This document shows positions 1 through 10,222 of a DNA stretch of 41,530 nucleotides, piece by piece (position 1 is the stretch's first letter; the number at the start of each line of letters is the position of its first letter). Location of the stretch: assembly GCA_013140565.1 (NCBI GenBank), contig JABFSP010000255.1:1-41530 (forward strand). Reading direction: 5' to 3'. The stretch is from Ignavibacteria bacterium. Lineage in GTDB: Bacteria > Bacteroidota > Ignavibacteria > Tepidaquicellales > OLB5. A program made the translations under genes and the position numbers. The notes beneath the pieces were generated by a model, which was not told the DNA's origin, searched no databases, and saw only the letters and a program-made list of their open reading frames with translations.

Positions 1-23
1 ATATAAAAGTAATTGAAACATCA

Positions 24-52
24 GGCGGGTTAATTAACCCGCCGTTTTTTTT
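24..52 (+). terminator. Rho-independent terminator of an upstream gene outside the window
   Basis: Perfect hairpin ggcgggtt-aatt-aacccgcc (24-43) followed by a T-run (45-52). Confidence 0.7.
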
Positions 53-256
53 GTTCAAAGTGAATTGTTAAGAACTATATCACAGTATTATTAGGAGAAT
101 TTAAATTCTGTTAGATAAGTATTAAGCAATGTACATTTACGGTCATTTTTGAAGATTTATCTTAATTTAAACCAAACAAATCCCTTATACAACATTAATC
201 CAATTTAGCAATTTTTGTATAATTACAATACAATCAAAAGGAATTTTAACGAAAAA

Positions 257-3040
257 ATGAAAATAAAGTACTTACTTTTTACGGCACTCTTAATTTGTGT
301 ATCCTCACTTAATATATTTGCACAGGATAACAAAATTACAGGAAAAGTTCTGGATGGAGCCAACGGCAGTGTATTGCCGGATGCAGTCCTGAAAATTGAG
401 AATCTAAACAAAGGAACAGCTTCAGACCTTGACGGAAAATTTACATTTGAAAATATCGCCTCTGGTGAGGTGAACGTAAGAGCTTCATACGTTGGCTATG
501 TTTCGCAGATAGTGAAAGTCAACATTAAATCAGGTGAAATTGTGAATCTGGATTTTGTGCTGCAGCCTGAAGGTACACTGACCGATACTGTTACAATTGA
601 AGCTACCAGGATTCAGAACAACGAAGCATCAATGCTGCTGAAGCAGCAGAAGGCTGAAAATATCCAGGATGGTATTTCAAGCCAGCAGATAAAAAGAACT
701 GCAGATGCTACAAGCTCTGATGTACTAAAAAGAATTGTCGGCGTATCAATAATTGATAATAAATTCGTTTTTGTAAGAGGTACAAACGAAAGATACAGCG
801 CAACTACTTTGAACGGCGTAATACTGCCAAGTACTGATCCGGATAAAAAAGCATTTTCGTTCGATCTTTTTCCAAGTAACCTGCTTGATAATATCGTTAT
901 ATCAAAATCATATACCCCTGATCTTATCGGTAACTTTTCAGGCGGATTAGTACAGGTAACAACCAAAGATTTCCCTGACCAGCTTTCACTGAATTTCACG
1001 TCATCTTCTTCTTATAACACAATATCAACCGGAGAAAATTTCCTTTCATACAATGCGGGCGAAAAGAAACTGCTGTTCTTCAATTCCGGAAGAGATAACG
1101 GCACAAGGCAGCTTCCTTCAATTTTCCCCGGGCAGACAGTACTTTCATCAAACTACAATGTACAGGAAGTAAAGTCATTCAGCCGCGCGCTTACCAATAA
1201 CTGGGCACAGGAAAATTCAACAGCCCCGGTTAACGGCGGTTTTCAGTTATCATTGGGCAACAATTTTAAAATAGGAAGATCAAATAACCTTGGAGTTTTC
1301 GGGGCGTATACATACAGCAATTCATTCAGCTCCAAAAGCATGGAAAGGCAAAGCTTTCAGACTGATAACATGCTGGAATCCAAATACACCGGGTCACAAT
1401 CAGAGTATGCGGTATTATGGGGCGGCCTTTTAAACGTAAGCTTCAGGGCAGGTGAGAATAACAAATTCAGCTTTAAGAATACTTACGTTTTCAATTCTGA
1501 AGACAAAACAGATTACCAGGAAGGCTTTAACAATCCCCAGACACAGGACAGAAAACTTTATTCAACAAAGTTTGTTGAGCGTGATATGCTTTCCTCACAG
1601 CTTTCCGGTGAACATTTCATTAGCTCACTGGGTAAATTAAGGATAACATGGCGCGCATCATACTCAGAGGCGGATAGAGACGAGCCTGATTACAAAACAT
1701 TACGTTACCAGAAAGAAATTGGCACTGAAGGCAGATATTACGCATCGCTCAGCACAGGTGAGCCTAATTCACTTGGCGGCGGCAGGTTCTTTTCATGGCT
1801 GAAGGATATAAGCCGTTCGGCAGAATCCAATTTTGAGTTTAATTTTAAGCCTGCAAAAAAGATCGAAGTTAAAACCAAGGTCGGTGTTTTCTATAACCGC
1901 AGTTCCAGGGATTTCAGTGCAAGGCTTTTTGCCCCAAAGCTTGTTGACGCGAATAATTTCGCATTAATATATCTTTCACCTGATTCACTATTTATGCCTG
2001 AAAATATTGATACGAATAAAATATTATATTACGAGCTTACCAGGAAGTCAGATTCATATGTTGCGACAGAAGACCTTGCTGCAGGATATATGATGGTTGA
2101 TGTTCCATTGGGTAAGTTAAGGACTGTTATCGGCGCAAGACTTGAATCAAACTTAAGCAAACTCAGCTCATTTGACCAGATCGGCGAGCCGATCCAGAGA
2201 AATGTAAACAAGAATGATGTTCTTCCATCTGTTAATTTAACCTATGCTCTAAATCCAAAAATTAACCTGCGCGCAGGTTATTACCAGTCAATTTCAAGAC
2301 CGGAATTCAGGGAAATAGCGCCGTTCAGCTTCTATGACTTTGCTGAGCAGATATTTACGATCGGTAATCCTGATCTTGAGCGTAACCTGATAAGGAATTA
2401 TGACCTGAGATTTGAATATTTTCCGTATGCCGGTGAAATATTTTCCGTTAGCCTGTTCTACAAGAAATTCGACTCACCCATTGAAGAAGTATTTGTACCC
2501 AACTCAGGCGGTGATAACAGGATCAAAACATATCAGAATGCCAAAAGCGGTGCAAATAATTACGGAGTTGAGCTTGAATTAAGGAAAAATCTCGGGTTCA
2601 TTACAAAACATATGAAATATTTTTCACTCAATGCCAATATATCCGTTATCAATTCAAAAGTTGATCTTTCAGGCATCGGTTCAACTGTTACCAATCTTGA
2701 AAGAAGATTGCAGGGCCAGTCACCCTATACTATTAACATGGGGTTATACTATGATAATTCAGATCTTGGCACCAGTGTAAACTTATCCTATAACCGTTTT
2801 GGCAAAAGGATATCCGAAGTAGGGCTTGAAGGTCTTTCGGATATTGAAGAGAATGGAAGAGACGTTGTGGATATTTCTGTTATTCAGAGGCTGTTTAAGA
2901 ACTTTGAAGTTAAATTTTCCGTGAAAGATATACTTGCGCAGGATTATTTATTCACCCAAAAAGTAAATGGCAGTGATGAGATGTTCAAAAAATTCAATGC
3001 GGGGACAGGGTACTCGCTCAGCCTTTCATTTAAATATTAA
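257..3040 (+). CDS. TonB-dependent outer-membrane receptor with N-terminal carboxypeptidase-regulatory-like domain
   Basis: The ORF track starts at TTG 215, but ATG 257 gives MKIKYLLFTALLICVSSLNIFAQ, a signal peptide. It has a CarboxypepD_reg-like segment (ITGKVLDGANGSVLPDAVLKIEN..VRASYVGY), a plug (FVFVRGTNERYSATTLNGV) and a long barrel ending in an aromatic C-terminus (SLSFKY). No SusD-like partner follows. Confidence 0.85.
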   Translation: MKIKYLLFTALLICVSSLNIFAQDNKITGKVLDGANGSVLPDAVLKIENLNKGTASDLDGKFTFENIASGEVNVRASYVGYVSQIVKVNIKSGEIVNLDFVLQPEGTLTDTVTIEATRIQNNEASMLLKQQKAENIQDGISSQQIKRTADATSSDVLKRIVGVSIIDNKFVFVRGTNERYSATTLNGVILPSTDPDKKAFSFDLFPSNLLDNIVISKSYTPDLIGNFSGGLVQVTTKDFPDQLSLNFTSSSSYNTISTGENFLSYNAGEKKLLFFNSGRDNGTRQLPSIFPGQTVLSSNYNVQEVKSFSRALTNNWAQENSTAPVNGGFQLSLGNNFKIGRSNNLGVFGAYTYSNSFSSKSMERQSFQTDNMLESKYTGSQSEYAVLWGGLLNVSFRAGENNKFSFKNTYVFNSEDKTDYQEGFNNPQTQDRKLYSTKFVERDMLSSQLSGEHFISSLGKLRITWRASYSEADRDEPDYKTLRYQKEIGTEGRYYASLSTGEPNSLGGGRFFSWLKDISRSAESNFEFNFKPAKKIEVKTKVGVFYNRSSRDFSARLFAPKLVDANNFALIYLSPDSLFMPENIDTNKILYYELTRKSDSYVATEDLAAGYMMVDVPLGKLRTVIGARLESNLSKLSSFDQIGEPIQRNVNKNDVLPSVNLTYALNPKINLRAGYYQSISRPEFREIAPFSFYDFAEQIFTIGNPDLERNLIRNYDLRFEYFPYAGEIFSVSLFYKKFDSPIEEVFVPNSGGDNRIKTYQNAKSGANNYGVELELRKNLGFITKHMKYFSLNANISVINSKVDLSGIGSTVTNLERRLQGQSPYTINMGLYYDNSDLGTSVNLSYNRFGKRISEVGLEGLSDIEENGRDVVDISVIQRLFKNFEVKFSVKDILAQDYLFTQKVNGSDEMFKKFNAGTGYSLSLSFKY

Positions 3041-3078
3041 TATCCTGTTATATTAAGATTCGGTTAAGAGCTTTGCTT

Positions 3079-3110
3079 AAATCCCGCTAAATCAGCGGGA
3101 TTTTTTATTT
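3079..3110 (+). terminator. Rho-independent terminator after the TonB receptor
   Basis: aaatcccgct-aaatc-agcgggattt hairpin followed by ttttttatttt. Confidence 0.7.
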
Positions 3111-3236
3111 TCGGTTAAGATATATTCACAATACATTAACAATTCCTTATTGGCTGCCTAACACTTTAATCTTAAATTTGTTGACTAAACAAAATAAAAT
3201 TCAGAATTCAAGCAAAAACCAGAGAAAGGATTTAAA

Positions 3237-4892
3237 ATGCTTAAACAATTTCTATTAGCTGTAGTTTCTGTAATAGTATTAGGTTCATCTGTATTTTCAA
3301 GTACATGGACTGATACATTAACAGGAAATATTACATCAAATGTTACACTTCAGAACACAAAAAGATATCTTTTACTTGGCACAGTATTTGTAAAATCAGG
3401 CGGAACGCTTAACATTCCCGCAGGCACACAGATATTTGGCAGTAAAGAATTTAAAGGAACGCTAGTAATTGAAAGAGGCGGCATAATAAACGCAAACGGT
3501 TCTGCAGGCGCACCTATTATATTCACAAGCGCTCAGCCTGTAGGCACTAAAGCCGCTGGCGATTGGGGCGGAATAGTTATACTTGGAAAAGCAAGAATTA
3601 ATACAGCATCAGGTTCGGATACTGCTGCAATTGAAGGTATATCACCTTCAGTTTATTACGGCGGAACAAATGACGCTGATAATTCAGGAACCTTTAGATA
3701 TGTAAGAATTGAGTATTCAGGTATTGCGCTATCACCAAACAATGAGATCAATGGTTTAACAATGGGCGGTGTTGGTTCAGGTACAACCATTGAATATGTT
3801 ATGGTAAGCTGGAACGGCGATGATTCATTTGAATGGTTTGGCGGCACGGTGAACTGCAAGTATCTGGTTTCATATATCCCTGTTGATGATGAACTGGATA
3901 ATGACTTTGGATACAGAGGAAAAATTCAATTTGTATTAGCTGTCAGAAAACCATCTGTTGCTGATGTTAGCGGTTCTACCTGCATAGAGTCAGATAATAA
4001 TAATGGTCCTAACTATAATACACCAAGAACACAGCCGCATATTTCAAATGTAACATCTATTGGTCCAAAACAATATGATACATCGGTGGTAAACCCAAAT
4101 TTCACAAGGAATTCACATCTCAGAAGAAATACACTTGCAAGTTTTTATAACAGTGTAATGATGGGATGGCCCCAAGCTGTATTATATGATGGCTTAGGCG
4201 TAACATGCGCGATACAAAATGATACATCCAGAGTCAAAGCGAACATTTTTGCAGGTTGTTACAACGGTTTTGCTTCAACTAATGCAGGCTGCGGCTTTGA
4301 TGCAACTGCTTATTCTAATGCTAATAACACTGTTTTACCAACAACAGCAGCCGTTCAGTTAAGTAATCCTTACGGTAATGTTTCAACAGGAAGCTATTCA
4401 CCGGCTAATTTCTTCCCTTCTGCGGGCTCTCCGGCATTAAGCGGCGCTAACTTTTCATTTCCCGGAATCAATGATCCGTGGTTTACTACTACAACCTACA
4501 GAGGCGCTTTTGACCAGAGCAGCACATGGTTAGACGGCTGGACGAATTTCAGACCTGATACAGTAAATTATAAATTATTACCTATTGGAATTCAACCAAT
4601 AAGTAATATTGTTCCAAAATCATTTAATTTAGAGCAGAACTATCCAAATCCGTTCAATCCAACAACAAACATTAAGTTTAATGTTGCTGCAAATGGATTT
4701 GCAAAACTTGTAATATTTGATGTACTTGGTAAAGAAGTAGCAACACTTGTAAGTGAAGACTTAAAAGCAGGACAATATGCGGTAAATTACAACGCATCAA
4801 ATCTGCCAAGCGGTGTTTATCTTTACAGGTTAACAGTTAACGGCGAAGGCTCAACATATTCTGCAACAAAAAAACTTGTATTAGTAAAATAA
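3237..4892 (+). CDS. Secreted protein with T9SS C-terminal sorting domain; N-terminal beta-helix-like domain of unknown function
   Basis: It has a signal peptide (MLKQFLLAVVSVIVLGSSVFS) and Gly-rich repetitive turns (GDWGGIVILGKARIN, YVRIEYSGIALSPNNEINGLTMGGVGSGTTIEYVMVSWNGDDSFEWFGG). The C-terminal approx. 80 aa carry the Por/T9SS tail signature (NLEQNYPNPFNPTTNIKF...GVYLYRLTV...KKLVLVK). Confidence 0.75.
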   Translation: MLKQFLLAVVSVIVLGSSVFSSTWTDTLTGNITSNVTLQNTKRYLLLGTVFVKSGGTLNIPAGTQIFGSKEFKGTLVIERGGIINANGSAGAPIIFTSAQPVGTKAAGDWGGIVILGKARINTASGSDTAAIEGISPSVYYGGTNDADNSGTFRYVRIEYSGIALSPNNEINGLTMGGVGSGTTIEYVMVSWNGDDSFEWFGGTVNCKYLVSYIPVDDELDNDFGYRGKIQFVLAVRKPSVADVSGSTCIESDNNNGPNYNTPRTQPHISNVTSIGPKQYDTSVVNPNFTRNSHLRRNTLASFYNSVMMGWPQAVLYDGLGVTCAIQNDTSRVKANIFAGCYNGFASTNAGCGFDATAYSNANNTVLPTTAAVQLSNPYGNVSTGSYSPANFFPSAGSPALSGANFSFPGINDPWFTTTTYRGAFDQSSTWLDGWTNFRPDTVNYKLLPIGIQPISNIVPKSFNLEQNYPNPFNPTTNIKFNVAANGFAKLVIFDVLGKEVATLVSEDLKAGQYAVNYNASNLPSGVYLYRLTVNGEGSTYSATKKLVLVK

Positions 4893-4938
4893 CTGCAGTT
4901 AAATAGCCATTTTCACAGAAACTCAATAGTATTTCCCC

Positions 4939-4966
4939 AAAACCCCGTTAAAACGGGGTTTTTTAT
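4939..4966 (+). terminator. Rho-independent terminator
   Basis: aaaaccccgt-taaa-acggggtttt hairpin followed by ttat ttt. Confidence 0.7.
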
Positions 4967-5056
4967 TTGAGCTTATTTCAATTTGTTTTTAAAATAAAAA
5001 TCTGTTAATTTAGCATATTCTATAAGGGGAATAATTCATAAATAAAGGAGAAAACA

Positions 5057-5920
5057 ATGAGTATAACAAAGTTTACTGTTTTAATTCTTTTGGCATTTGT
5101 ATTTGCAGTAAGTTCAACGCAGTCACAGGTAAAGGTAAAATCAACAAAGTGGAAATCACCGACATTCACGATCGAGATTGCGCCGAATTTCACACTTCCT
5201 ATCCAGGAAGCTAAAGGTAATTCAATAGGGGAATTTTTCCAGTTCAAAAATTACGGAACAAAGATCGGTTTCGGGGCATCATTCAATTTTAAATTCGGAT
5301 TAGGTGCACAGGGACAATACAGACCATACCTGACATTAGGTTATACACAGCTTCAGGCTAAGGATGATGGCAATATATTTGTTGATTCAAATATAATAAG
5401 GTCAACTTATCCTTTAAACGGCAACAGAATTACTTATGACCCAAACAATATAAGATCAGGTAAGTCTGAAATGTTTTTACGTATTCCATATATTGGCGCT
5501 GGATTTGAATATGCTGTTACAACAGTAGATAAGAAAAAGAGAATGTGGTATCCGTTCTTTGGGGTAGAATTTCTTGCAAGCATTATTACAGGTGTTTACA
5601 GGCAGACTAGCAGCAATGTGCCTGTGGCTCCCGGAGTTGAAACAGCTTATACTATTAAAAGTGATCTGAGGATCGGCTTGGGCGCAGGACTTGGTGCAAC
5701 CGTAAGATTCGGTAAATCAGCCGGTATTACTTTTGGTGCAAAGTATAAGTTATTCAATCTTATCGGTAAAAAGTCAGACCAGTCAAATGAAGAAAATAAG
5801 ATGAATTTACTTGATAAATCAGCTGTAGACTTAAACAGTAATTTATCAAAGGATAGAAATATCGGGGCTATAGAATTCTATCTTGGCGCTGCAATTTTCT
5901 TAGGTAAATCAAAGAAATAA
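5057..5920 (+). CDS. Outer-membrane beta-barrel-like protein, function unknown
   Basis: RBS aaggag lies 7 nt upstream of ATG 5057. It has a signal peptide (VLILLAFVFAVSSTQSQ) and alternating hydrophobic, Gly and aromatic beta-strand patterns (GFGASFNFKFGLGAQG, RIGLGAGLGATVRFG). Confidence 0.55.
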   Translation: MSITKFTVLILLAFVFAVSSTQSQVKVKSTKWKSPTFTIEIAPNFTLPIQEAKGNSIGEFFQFKNYGTKIGFGASFNFKFGLGAQGQYRPYLTLGYTQLQAKDDGNIFVDSNIIRSTYPLNGNRITYDPNNIRSGKSEMFLRIPYIGAGFEYAVTTVDKKKRMWYPFFGVEFLASIITGVYRQTSSNVPVAPGVETAYTIKSDLRIGLGAGLGATVRFGKSAGITFGAKYKLFNLIGKKSDQSNEENKMNLLDKSAVDLNSNLSKDRNIGAIEFYLGAAIFLGKSKK

Positions 5921-5942
5921 TTCAAAATAAATATTATTTTTA

Positions 5943-7187
5943 TCAAACCCCGCTTATTTCAGCGGGGTTTTCTTTTACCTTACGGAATAAAAATAATCCG
6001 GCAGCAAAGAATATTATTATAGAAAGCACTGCGTATCTTTGGTTACCTGTTATCCACGATACAAGCCCGAATGTTAAGGGTCCGAGAATCGTTGAAGTTT
6101 TTTCAAACAGGCTGTAAAATCCGTACAACTCCGTCTTCTTTTCATCAGGTATGAGCCTGCCAAAAAAGCTGCGCGATAGCGCCTGTGATGAACCCAGGAA
6201 TGTACCGGCAAACGCCCCAATGATAAGGAAGGTAGTTTTATCATTTGCGAAATAAACCGATAGCGTCAATACCGCCCAGCTGATGATGATGAATACCAGG
6301 GTTTTTTTGGTGCTTGTTTTATCCGCTATCCAGCCAAACAAAAATGAGCCCAATAGAGCTGTTACCTGCACAATTATGAAGAACAATATCAGATCAGCAA
6401 TTGAAAAGTTAAGAGTTGTTTGCGCAAAATTAGCGGAAAAGAAAATGATGGTATTAACGCCATCAATGTAAAGGAAGTAGGAAAACAGGAATATCCTGAT
6501 GTTTTTGTAATTCTGAATGTGCTTTAGAGTATCCAGTGTTCTTCTAAACCCGATCTTAATAAAATTCGGATGCTCACCGGTGATTTCCTTCTTCTTTTCC
6601 TTTACAAAAATGAATATCGGCAGGGAAAAGACAAAGAACATTACCGCACAGGCAATAAATGTCAGTCTTGGTGTATCCTGCAGCACTATAACTGCTGCCA
6701 GTGAAGCCAGAGAGCCCAGATAGCCCACAGCATAACCAAGTGAAGATACTTTGTTGTAATTTTTATGTTCTGATATTTCTTTTATGAACGCGTCGTAGAA
6801 TCCGAGTCCTGCCTGGAATCCGATATTTGCAAGAATAAAAAGTATCATACCCCAAAGTATCATACCTTCGGTTATGAAATAAAGAAATGCAGTTGAAATG
6901 ATGCAAAGGAAAGTGAAGAAGAACAGGTATTTCTTTTTACTGCTGTAATGATCGCTTGCAGCGCCAAGCACCGGGCTTAAAACGGCGACAAGTATCATTG
7001 AAATATTTATCGCGGTTGACCAGTAGAGGTCACCAATAGGCTGGTTTGCGGCTACAACTTTTTTGAAATAGATCGCGTAAACAAAGGCTACTATTATTGT
7101 TGCGAAAGTTGAATTGGCAAAATCGAAAAGGGACCAGTTAAAAACATCTTTGGTAAACCACTTGTTTTTGGATGAAGGTTCTGCCAT
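5943..7187 (-). CDS. MFS transporter, UMF1/Atg22-like family
   Basis: About 12 predicted TM segments. The N-terminal signature WFTKDVFNWSLFDFANSTFATIIV is typical of the UMF1 family. ATG at 7187. Confidence 0.75.
   Translation of the reverse strand: MAEPSSKNKWFTKDVFNWSLFDFANSTFATIIVAFVYAIYFKKVVAANQPIGDLYWSTAINISMILVAVLSPVLGAASDHYSSKKKYLFFFTFLCIISTAFLYFITEGMILWGMILFILANIGFQAGLGFYDAFIKEISEHKNYNKVSSLGYAVGYLGSLASLAAVIVLQDTPRLTFIACAVMFFVFSLPIFIFVKEKKKEITGEHPNFIKIGFRRTLDTLKHIQNYKNIRIFLFSYFLYIDGVNTIIFFSANFAQTTLNFSIADLILFFIIVQVTALLGSFLFGWIADKTSTKKTLVFIIISWAVLTLSVYFANDKTTFLIIGAFAGTFLGSSQALSRSFFGRLIPDEKKTELYGFYSLFEKTSTILGPLTFGLVSWITGNQRYAVLSIIIFFAAGLFLFRKVKENPAEISGV
5945..5976 (+). terminator. Rho-independent terminator for the 5057-5920 gene
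   Basis: aaaccccgct-tatttc-agcggggttt hairpin followed by tctttt. It overlaps the last codons of the convergent MFS gene. Confidence 0.6.
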
Positions 7188-7221
7188 TAATTAAAAGATT
7201 AAATTTTCTGATTATTCTTTT

Positions 7222-7689
7222 CTAGCTGACAGGGTGTCTTTTACTGCTGATGAGACCTTTACCTTTTTTGGTGATGAGCTTATCTTTCTGAAGCTTTTCT
7301 AAAATTGCATCCAGTACACCGTTAACAAATTTACCGGAATTGCGCGTGCTGAAATCCTTGGCAATATCAATTGATTCATTGATCGATACTTTTGGCGGGA
7401 TATCCTCGAAATGGAAAAATTCCGTCAGGCACATTTTGATGATTATGGAATCTATAAGCGCAATGCGCTCCATATCCCAGTTATCAACCGTTTCGGTTAT
7501 GATCGTTTCGTACTTTTCGTCATTATCTATTGTGAATTTTATAAGGTCTTCGCAGAATTTCCTGTCGTCTTTTTTCTCGATCTCTTCGAACTGCAGCTGT
7601 TTTACCTGTTCGATCGGGTCGCCGGTAAGCTTATATGCATAAAGAACCTGCAGTGATTTTTCGCGTAAATGCCTTCGTGTTAATGCCAT
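7222..7689 (-). CDS. nusB: Transcription antitermination factor NusB
   Basis: MALTRRHLREKSLQVLYAY...MERIALIDSIIIKMCLTEF...PPKVSINESIDIAKDFS...GKFVNGVLD matches the NusB fold signature. ATG 7689 is preferred over the TTG at 7695 used by the ORF track. Confidence 0.85.
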   Translation of the reverse strand: MALTRRHLREKSLQVLYAYKLTGDPIEQVKQLQFEEIEKKDDRKFCEDLIKFTIDNDEKYETIITETVDNWDMERIALIDSIIIKMCLTEFFHFEDIPPKVSINESIDIAKDFSTRNSGKFVNGVLDAILEKLQKDKLITKKGKGLISSKRHPVS

Positions 7690-7702
7690 CTGCAAAGATA
7701 AT

Positions 7703-8779
7703 TTATCCTATGCCAAATAACCAGAACAAAATTACTGCAAAACTTTCCTTGATGCAGAAGTTAAATGAAGATTCTGTTGAAAGCGGTGTTTCTGAGGCGA
7801 CTGTATATGCGTTTACTCCGAAAAATTTGCATATCTGTTTTGTGCGAAGCAGATGGAAGTTATCGCTGATAATAACAATATCCTTCCAGTTGTTCTTTTT
7901 ATACAGGTTATTGTTCAGGTACTGTATCTGCTCAAGAGTAGAGTTAGATTTGTTTTCAATGAATATGTTTCTTTCAGGTACACCTTTTTTGAGCAGTTCA
8001 TTTTTTGAGACTTCAGCTTCTGTCATTTCCCCGGGTGCGCCTCCGCCTGTTAGAATTATATTTTTTATAGTGCCTGATGAGTAGAGTTCATATCCCTTAT
8101 TTATTCTTTCGCGCAGTACAGGTGAGGGCCTGTTGCCGCCCCATACGGCTGCGCCAAGCACAGTGCCGGCATCAACGGTTTTCTTACTTTCCTTCAGCAA
8201 AGTAAAATCATCTTTGTAGTTGTATGCAAAAAGAAAAACTATGCCGTAAGCGGCTGCCATAATCAACAGTGTGACCCAGATACTTCTGAAAATGTAAAAT
8301 TTCATAAGTACCGTGAACGAAATGACGCAAGCTGATACTGCTATGAATAAATGAATGATAGCGAATATTGAAAGAGTGATGGTCTGAATTCCTTTTTGTG
8401 ATAGTGTTACCAGGTTTTCGTAAAATGTTTCGCGCGGTATCCTGCCCTGGAAAAATGCAAAAGCCAGCAATACAAGTGAAATTACTGAAAATATAACAAG
8501 GGTCCTTAGTGCGTTCCGGTTAACTTTGCCTGATTGCAGCGCAATGTTTATAATTGCAATTATTGCTATAAGGCATATTGTTATCCAGAATAAATTTCCG
8601 GTGTATAGTATATTAAATCCGGAAACGAAACTGGAAAGGAAACTCCGTGATAACATTGATGTATACGAAGAGTTAAGCCAGTACTTGTACGCTTCCATAA
8701 ATAGCAGGATGAATATTTCATAACAGATCAGCCAGAAAATAATCAGCCTGTTACCTGAAGCCGTTTTAGAGTTTCCCAA
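7703..8779 (-). CDS. Membrane-anchored YdcF/ElyC/SanA-like (DUF218) protein
   Basis: It has several N-terminal TM helices and then a DUF218-type domain (VLGAAVWGGNRPSPVLRERINKGYELYSSG..IILTGGGAPGEMTEAEV...IIISDNFHLLR). The start is uncertain: TTG 8779 or ATG 8698. Confidence 0.7.
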   Translation of the reverse strand: MGNSKTASGNRLIIFWLICYEIFILLFMEAYKYWLNSSYTSMLSRSFLSSFVSGFNILYTGNLFWITICLIAIIAIINIALQSGKVNRNALRTLVIFSVISLVLLAFAFFQGRIPRETFYENLVTLSQKGIQTITLSIFAIIHLFIAVSACVISFTVLMKFYIFRSIWVTLLIMAAAYGIVFLFAYNYKDDFTLLKESKKTVDAGTVLGAAVWGGNRPSPVLRERINKGYELYSSGTIKNIILTGGGAPGEMTEAEVSKNELLKKGVPERNIFIENKSNSTLEQIQYLNNNLYKKNNWKDIVIISDNFHLLRTKQICKFFGVNAYTVASETPLSTESSFNFCIKESFAVILFWLFGIG

Positions 8780-8994
8780 TAAAGAAAAGTTGAATTTTTA
8801 GCAATTGAATATATAAATATACTAACTTAGCACAAAAGTTTCTTGTCAATATACAATAAATTATGCTGATACTGATCCTGTGTTTGAATAAAACAGTCCT
8901 AATGTAAAATCTTAAAATTAATAATTTTTTAGTTAAGACTTGATTTCATATATTTAATTTACTAAGTTTCATTAACTTATACAAAGGAGGATAT

Positions 8995-10095
8995 ATGAAA
9001 TCCGCAAAAATACCTGCAATTTTTGTTCTTGCTTTTCTGATGATATTTATTTCTTCATGCAGTGAAGATGAAGTAATTGTAACGCCTGAAAACCCACAAG
9101 AGCCTGAAACATTGTATGGCGCGTTTGTTCTTTGCCAGGGAACAGAGTCATACCCGCAGGAAAGATATATTGGGTTCTATGATCTTTTAAAAGAGGAATA
9201 TGAACTGAATATATATAAACCGGGACTCCTGCCATATGCTCCAAGATCTATTATTTATCATAATGGCAGTCTCTATATTTCAAATTCTACCTTAATGGTA
9301 TATTCGCAATCCAAGGTTTTGAAGGTTGGCGCGTGGGGAAGTGAACAGGGGACGCTTCAGCTTGAACAGAATAAATTCTATGTACCTAATTTGTTATTTT
9401 CTTTCAATGATCATATAGGCTTAACCTATTTTTATCCGCAGGAAAGTTTTACAGGAACGCTGGAATTTATGGACCCGGGACATATTGGAGTAGTTACTGA
9501 ATTCCCAAATATCAAAGGTTTCATTACTGATCATGTTTATTATGATAACAAACTCTACTTGACAAGTTCAACTTATAGTCCGGAATTTAAGGACTCTTCT
9601 GTTATTTCAATTTCACTGCCTGATACTTCAGTATCAAAGGTATATTTAGGCGGAAAGCCCGGTGCGCTTATATTACTAAATAATAACATGCTTCTGGCAG
9701 CCTGTACTGAGGGAATTTCAACATTCTATTATGTAAATCCGGCTACTCTGCAAAAAACAGATTCTGTTACTTATCAAAATGGCTTTAAAAAAGATCTTGT
9801 GTTTGATCATAACAGAAACTATATCTACTTCATCTCTGCGGATGATAAGATCGTAAAATTTAATCCTGTACAAAAAACATTTACCACTTTTATAAGTAAT
9901 CCTTTTTCGGCTGATAACTACATTTTCAACAGTATAAATTTTGACCCGCATAGCGGTAAATTGTTTGTTTTGTATTCAAGTAACAGTACTTATGTTGCCG
10001 GCAAAATGCAGATCTACAGCAGTCAGGGATATTTTGAAAAGACTCTGACTATCGGTAAAAATCCAATTCAGATAGTTTTCGCAAAAGAGAATTAA
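8995..10095 (+). CDS. Surface lipoprotein, YncE/BtuG-like beta-propeller family (paralog 1)
   Basis: RBS aaggagg. Lipobox FISSC. It shares architecture with the ORFs at 15262 and 24723: a GAFVLCQG core after the lipobox, repeated blade-like segments, and a C-terminal GKNPIQIVF. Confidence 0.5.
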   Translation: MKSAKIPAIFVLAFLMIFISSCSEDEVIVTPENPQEPETLYGAFVLCQGTESYPQERYIGFYDLLKEEYELNIYKPGLLPYAPRSIIYHNGSLYISNSTLMVYSQSKVLKVGAWGSEQGTLQLEQNKFYVPNLLFSFNDHIGLTYFYPQESFTGTLEFMDPGHIGVVTEFPNIKGFITDHVYYDNKLYLTSSTYSPEFKDSSVISISLPDTSVSKVYLGGKPGALILLNNNMLLAACTEGISTFYYVNPATLQKTDSVTYQNGFKKDLVFDHNRNYIYFISADDKIVKFNPVQKTFTTFISNPFSADNYIFNSINFDPHSGKLFVLYSSNSTYVAGKMQIYSSQGYFEKTLTIGKNPIQIVFAKEN

Positions 10096-10132
10096 ATTTT
10101 TTCGCTTATAATTATTCCTATTAATCATGGAT

Positions 10133-10173
10133 AAAAACTATTTAGGACTATATTAGTCCTAAATAGTTTTTTT
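10133..10173. terminator. Long perfect hairpin, probable bidirectional-type terminator
   Basis: aaaaactatttaggacta-tat-tagtcctaaatagttttt, a stem of at least 15 bp flanked by an A-run and a T-run. Confidence 0.7.
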
Positions 10174-10222
10174 AATATTCAATGCTTTAAATATTGGATT
10201 GTTGAATTTCATTTATTGAATT

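Noticed and set aside
215-256. TTG-initiated 14-codon N-terminal extension of the TonB receptor
   Set aside because: ATG 257 yields a canonical signal peptide, whereas the extension (YNYNTIKRNFNEK) has no function-like features.
7340-8084. Plus-strand ORFs of 81-149 aa opposite nusB and the DUF218 gene
   Set aside because: They are antisense to genes with strong family signatures and have no recognisable motifs.
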